This document shows positions 63,401 through 64,000 of a stretch of DNA of 64,000 nucleotides, piece after piece. A program made the position numbers and the translations under genes. Source of the DNA: Paragordius varius (Eukaryota; Animalia; Nematomorpha); the NCBI GenBank assembly GCA_964247055.1, contig OZ176053.1, positions 11,966,001 to 12,030,000 of the forward strand, in the 5' to 3' direction. Under the pieces are notes generated by a model that searched no databases, was not told the origin of the DNA, and saw only the letters and a program-made list of their open reading frames with translations. How positions within the stretch are numbered: the first letter of the stretch is position 1; each line of letters opens with the position of its first letter.

Positions 63401-63693
63401 TTTAATATTAAATTCTTCCGTACATATATCTAAGAAAGCTTGGAGTTTATCTAATTCCTGAAAAGATCCCAACAATATAATTTCTTTCATATTTGGAACC
63501 TTTATATAATAAACTCTCGAAAACCTTTGATAAAGCTTCAATCGTATGATATATTAAAGGGACACCAGCTATTGGAAAAAGCGGTTTTGGTAAATACAAT
63601 GATAAAGGCCTAAACCGTGTACCTTTTGATAATTAAATTAATGTAAAAACCTTTAGAGGGTCCTCCTATCAAAATTATCGCTTTATTAGGCAT
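51432..63693 (-). CDS. GMPPA: Mannose-1-phosphate guanyltransferase alpha (GDP-mannose pyrophosphorylase A), 11 exons, ~489 aa
   Basis: Minus-strand exons 63651-63693, 63525-63622, 63396-63499, 63176-63368, 63088-63147, 62853-63049, 59788-60006, 53862-54009, 53377-53469, 51809-52022, 51432-51532 (1470 nt, in frame). Motifs [18 protein letters not shown] (GMPPA-type insertion relative to GMPPB), [81 protein letters not shown]-terminal NQIVL. Confidence 0.93.
52933..53150. mobile_element. Palindromic MITE, CAGTCATGTA termini, TA flanks
   Basis: TACAGTCATGTA...TTTTATCAAAAT left versus ATTTTTGATAAAATAAGTACATGACTGTA right. Confidence 0.7.
54800..58930. mobile_element. Degenerate, rearranged Ty3/gypsy LTR retrotransposon relic in GMPPA intron 7
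   Basis: Plus strand: [20 protein letters not shown]...DWVTP (56420-56520), EYLDDVIVS (56831-56857), RNase H LETDAS and HKPL, integrase CMVCQ and [24 protein letters not shown]. Minus strand: gag-like SLEMAMAYE, zinc knuckles ECGK...C and [11 protein letters not shown], protease-like [16 protein letters not shown] (~54975-55700). Extra RT N-terminal fragment on plus strand at ~54815-54975. All frames broken; no paired LTRs identified. Confidence 0.85.
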
Positions 63694-64000
63694 TGCGAGC
63701 GTGTAATCCGTTCCAAAAACAGTTGTTTTACTCTAAAGTGTTAACTTATAATAGAATATAAAGGACCGTTTAACTATTTAGAAACGTATTAACTTTGAAA
63801 GGTTCTGAACAAATTAATCTATGATTTACAAGACTTGATTTGATAGTTTTTATGTTAAAAATAATTTTTATTAATCAAAATACCATATTTAATGGATAAA
63901 TGATGATTTATTTAATTTAACAATTTGTTACTGCATATCATTATAACTCAATTTTTTTCCGTTTCTGGTATCATTATTATCAAAAAATAAAGTTATATGA

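Overview
Very AT-rich, intron-containing eukaryotic (metazoan, probably invertebrate; taxon not identifiable from sequence alone) genomic DNA. I assembled five protein genes by hand from GT-AG splice sites and protein motifs: (1) a 14-exon cationic amino acid transporter of the SLC7A1-4/slimfast type (+, 2108-9884); (2) TIM21 (+, 10958-11666), whose five introns are all only 22-25 nt; (3) a 49-exon multiplexin (collagen XV/XVIII-like: signal peptide, TSPN-like domain, collagen, trimerisation domain, endostatin; +, 20005-48131) carrying a ~585-aa [12 protein letters not shown] mucin-like array encoded by 25 symmetric phase-1 mini-exons; (4) an intronless divergent class A GPCR (+, 49492-50991); (5) GMPPA (-, 51432-63693), with five 25-38 nt introns followed by kb-sized ones. 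Mobile DNA includes a nearly intact Buster-type hAT transposon with a perfect 8-bp TSD inside a multiplexin intron, a decayed RTE-type LINE, a rearranged Ty3/gypsy relic inside a GMPPA intron, and many MITEs, among them two foldback families with shared CCATTT termini and 21-bp subterminal repeats. Most notable: 22-28 nt spliceosomal introns coexisting with kb introns in an animal genome, and the mini-exon-encoded mucin array in the multiplexin. All gene models are manual and untested against transcripts.
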